NCBI GenBank assembly: GCA_029557905.1
Contig: JAKQHR010000092.1
Coordinates: 11,228 to 75,227 of the forward strand
Reading direction: 5' to 3'
DNA length: 64,000 bases
DNA from: Verrucomicrobiota bacterium
GTDB lineage: Bacteria; Verrucomicrobiota; Kiritimatiellia; JAKQHR01
Part shown: positions 62,868 to 64,000 of the stretch, piece by piece
How positions within the stretch are numbered: position 1 is the stretch's first letter
Layout of the letters: every line of letters begins with the position of its first letter
Translations under genes and position numbers: made by a program
The notes under the pieces: model-generated
What the model was told of the DNA's origin: nothing
What the model saw: only the letters and a program-made list of their open reading frames with translations
Database searches by the model: none

Positions 62868-64000
62868 GCAAGCGCCGCCATGACGGTCCGGACAGAGGGG
62901 GGCCTTTTCAGCAGTTCTGAAAAGTCGCGTTCCGATTCCACAGCGTTCTTGAGGCCCGCGGCGCAGCTCGTGCTGCCCAGCAGAATGCCTCCGGCCATTT
63001 TCCCGTCACGGAAAAGGAAGTACGCATAGTCGTCGCCTGACGTTCCTTCAACCCCGGTATAGCTTCCGTCCTCCGGCTGGACTTTGCCGACGCTGGCGAG
63101 ATGGATGCCCAGCACCTTGAGGGTGTTGGAGCGCGGCAGCCCTCCGAACAGCGTGTCCATGCCCGCCGCATTCATGCCGGCCATGCGGCCCTGATACTGC
63201 GAGGGGCCCCAGATGCCGTACAGAACTCCATGGTGTTCGGCGACATCGCCCGCCGCGTAAATGTCCGGATCGCTGGTCTGCAGATGATTGTTCACAACAA
63301 TGCCGCGGTTCACCTCCAGTCCGGCCCGGCGGGCAAGATACGTGTCCGGCCGCACTCCGGTGGCCAGCAGAACAAGTTCCGCGGGAACAGAACGACCGTC
63401 CTGCAGTTCGACGGCTTCCGCTTTTCCCCGGCCGGTGACCGCGCGGGTCTGCGCATTCTTTTCGAGTGCGATGCCGAGTTTCCGCAAATGATTTTCCAGC
63501 ATTTCGCCGGCGCGCCGGTTGAGCTGGCGCGGCATCAGCCATTCGTGGTTTTCCAGCACGGCAACCTGAAGTCCCCGCTGGGCCAGCGCCCCCGCGCACT
63601 CGAGCCCGAGAATGCCGCCGCCGATGACCACGCATCGCGGTTTGCCGGCCGTGCGCGCGATGATGTCCTCCGCGTCCCTCACCGTCCGCAGCGCAAATAC
63701 CCCGTCCATGTCTGTGCCTTCAACCGGCGGAATAAAGGGATGTGATCCCATGGCAAGAATGAGCTTGTCATAGAAAATCTGCCGCCCATTGGCCAGCGTG
63801 AAGAAATGCTCCCGCGGCGTGATATGATCCACCCGCTCCCCGCTGAGCAGTTCCACGCGGTTTTCTTCGTACCAGGATTTTGGGTGAATGGGCAGCGTGG
63901 CGCGGTCAATTTCTCCGGCCAGGTAGCGCGTGAGATTGAGGCGGTAATAGGGAAGTGCATTTTCCCCGCAGATCAGCGTGATGCTTGATTTGGGCGATGC
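62864..64000 (-). CDS. FAD-dependent pyridine nucleotide-disulfide oxidoreductase (rubredoxin reductase / NirB N-terminal-like), 5' end beyond the window
   Basis: Second Rossmann motif VVIGGGILGLECAGAL and AAGDVAEHHG. The reading frame continues without a stop to the window edge (…ITLICGENALPYYRLNLTRYLAGEIDRATLPIHPKSWYEENRVELLSGERV…), so the ORF-track start at 63856 is an artefact. Confidence 0.8.
   Translation of the reverse strand, partial: ASPKSSITLICGENALPYYRLNLTRYLAGEIDRATLPIHPKSWYEENRVELLSGERVDHITPREHFFTLANGRQIFYDKLILAMGSHPFIPPVEGTDMDGVFALRTVRDAEDIIARTAGKPRCVVIGGGILGLECAGALAQRGLQVAVLENHEWLMPRQLNRRAGEMLENHLRKLGIALEKNAQTRAVTGRGKAEAVELQDGRSVPAELVLLATGVRPDTYLARRAGLEVNRGIVVNNHLQTSDPDIYAAGDVAEHHGVLYGIWGPSQYQGRMAGMNAAGMDTLFGGLPRSNTLKVLGIHLASVGKVQPEDGSYTGVEGTSGDDYAYFLFRDGKMAGGILLGSTSCAAGLKNAVESERDFSELLKRPPSVRTVMAALA

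Overview
This 64 kb window is high-GC (~63-65%), densely coding bacterial chromosome, most likely from the PVC superphylum. The lineage call is an inference from one gene: a prepilin-type N-terminal methylation-domain protein of the DUF1559 kind ([24 protein letters not shown]) that is typical of Planctomycetota, Verrucomicrobiota, Lentisphaerota and Kiritimatiellota.

About 55 protein genes and three tRNAs are supported. The tRNAs are Asp-GTC, Phe-GAA and Tyr-GTA, all on the minus strand with CCA encoded.

Housekeeping genes recognisable from hallmark motifs:
- DNA repair and recombination: ruvA, ruvB, mfd, uvrC, rmuC, a family-4 uracil-DNA glycosylase.
- Cell wall and division: glmS, murA, ftsK, a RodZ-like gene, pgsA, lgt.
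- Metabolism and transport: pdxB, corA, nadK, glgB, a CPA2 antiporter, an ExbB/ExbD pair.
- RNA modification: tlyA, rluD, tsaE, tsaB.

No CRISPR array, prophage or integron is visible.

Features the genes alone do not explain:
1. A REP-associated tyrosine transposase (RAYT, YafM-like, HuH motif MPDHIHLF) at 14609-15082 is bracketed by inverted GC-rich REP hairpins.
2. A different, strikingly AT-rich palindrome, AAAAGTTCCAAT(C/G)ATTGGAACTTTT, occurs as two arrays of three tandem copies (6711-6800 and 39024-39113). Both arrays lie in convergent gene-end spacers. One abuts a membrane PP2C phosphatase and the other the 3' end of a Hanks-type Ser/Thr kinase.
3. Two paralogous Ser/Thr kinases (32975-35362 and 37112-39001) flank tRNA-Asp and uvrC. 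Each has an N-terminal CxxC...CPxCG zinc ribbon, a kinase domain, one TM helix, and then an unrelated extracytoplasmic domain. The second kinase carries a DNRLRE/CBM96-like domain (ADAYVQGG...YLRF...LTWNNAP). A third protein (57134-57847) reuses the same zinc-ribbon head on a membrane body.
4. A fusion of a zinc-ribbon coiled-coil protein (PF02591-like) to a PTS EIIA-Ntr domain is transcribed divergently from a canonical stand-alone PtsN.
5. The 450-bp mfd-uspA spacer contains 11 helically phased A-tracts (predicted curved DNA) and a duplicated TAGTACTA palindrome spaced 11 bp apart.
6. larB and larC (nickel-pincer cofactor synthesis; LarC is His-rich) are present without larA or larE. They are followed by a secreted GH10-like protein whose two catalytic glutamates appear substituted, by my mental alignment only.
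7. A receiver-only response regulator and a CsgG-family lipoprotein are co-operonic with ruvA-ruvB.
8. A Pro/Ala-rich transmembrane protein with a cytoplasmic DUF4388 domain is divergent from ftsK.
9. An OPA-family MFS transporter carries an extra C-terminal TM helix plus a helical tail.

I cannot nominate one unambiguous novel system. The strongest candidates are the zinc-ribbon Ser/Thr-kinase module with its AT-rich palindrome arrays, and the zinc-ribbon-EIIA(Ntr)/PtsN pair. All assignments rest on motif recognition by eye; no database search was run.
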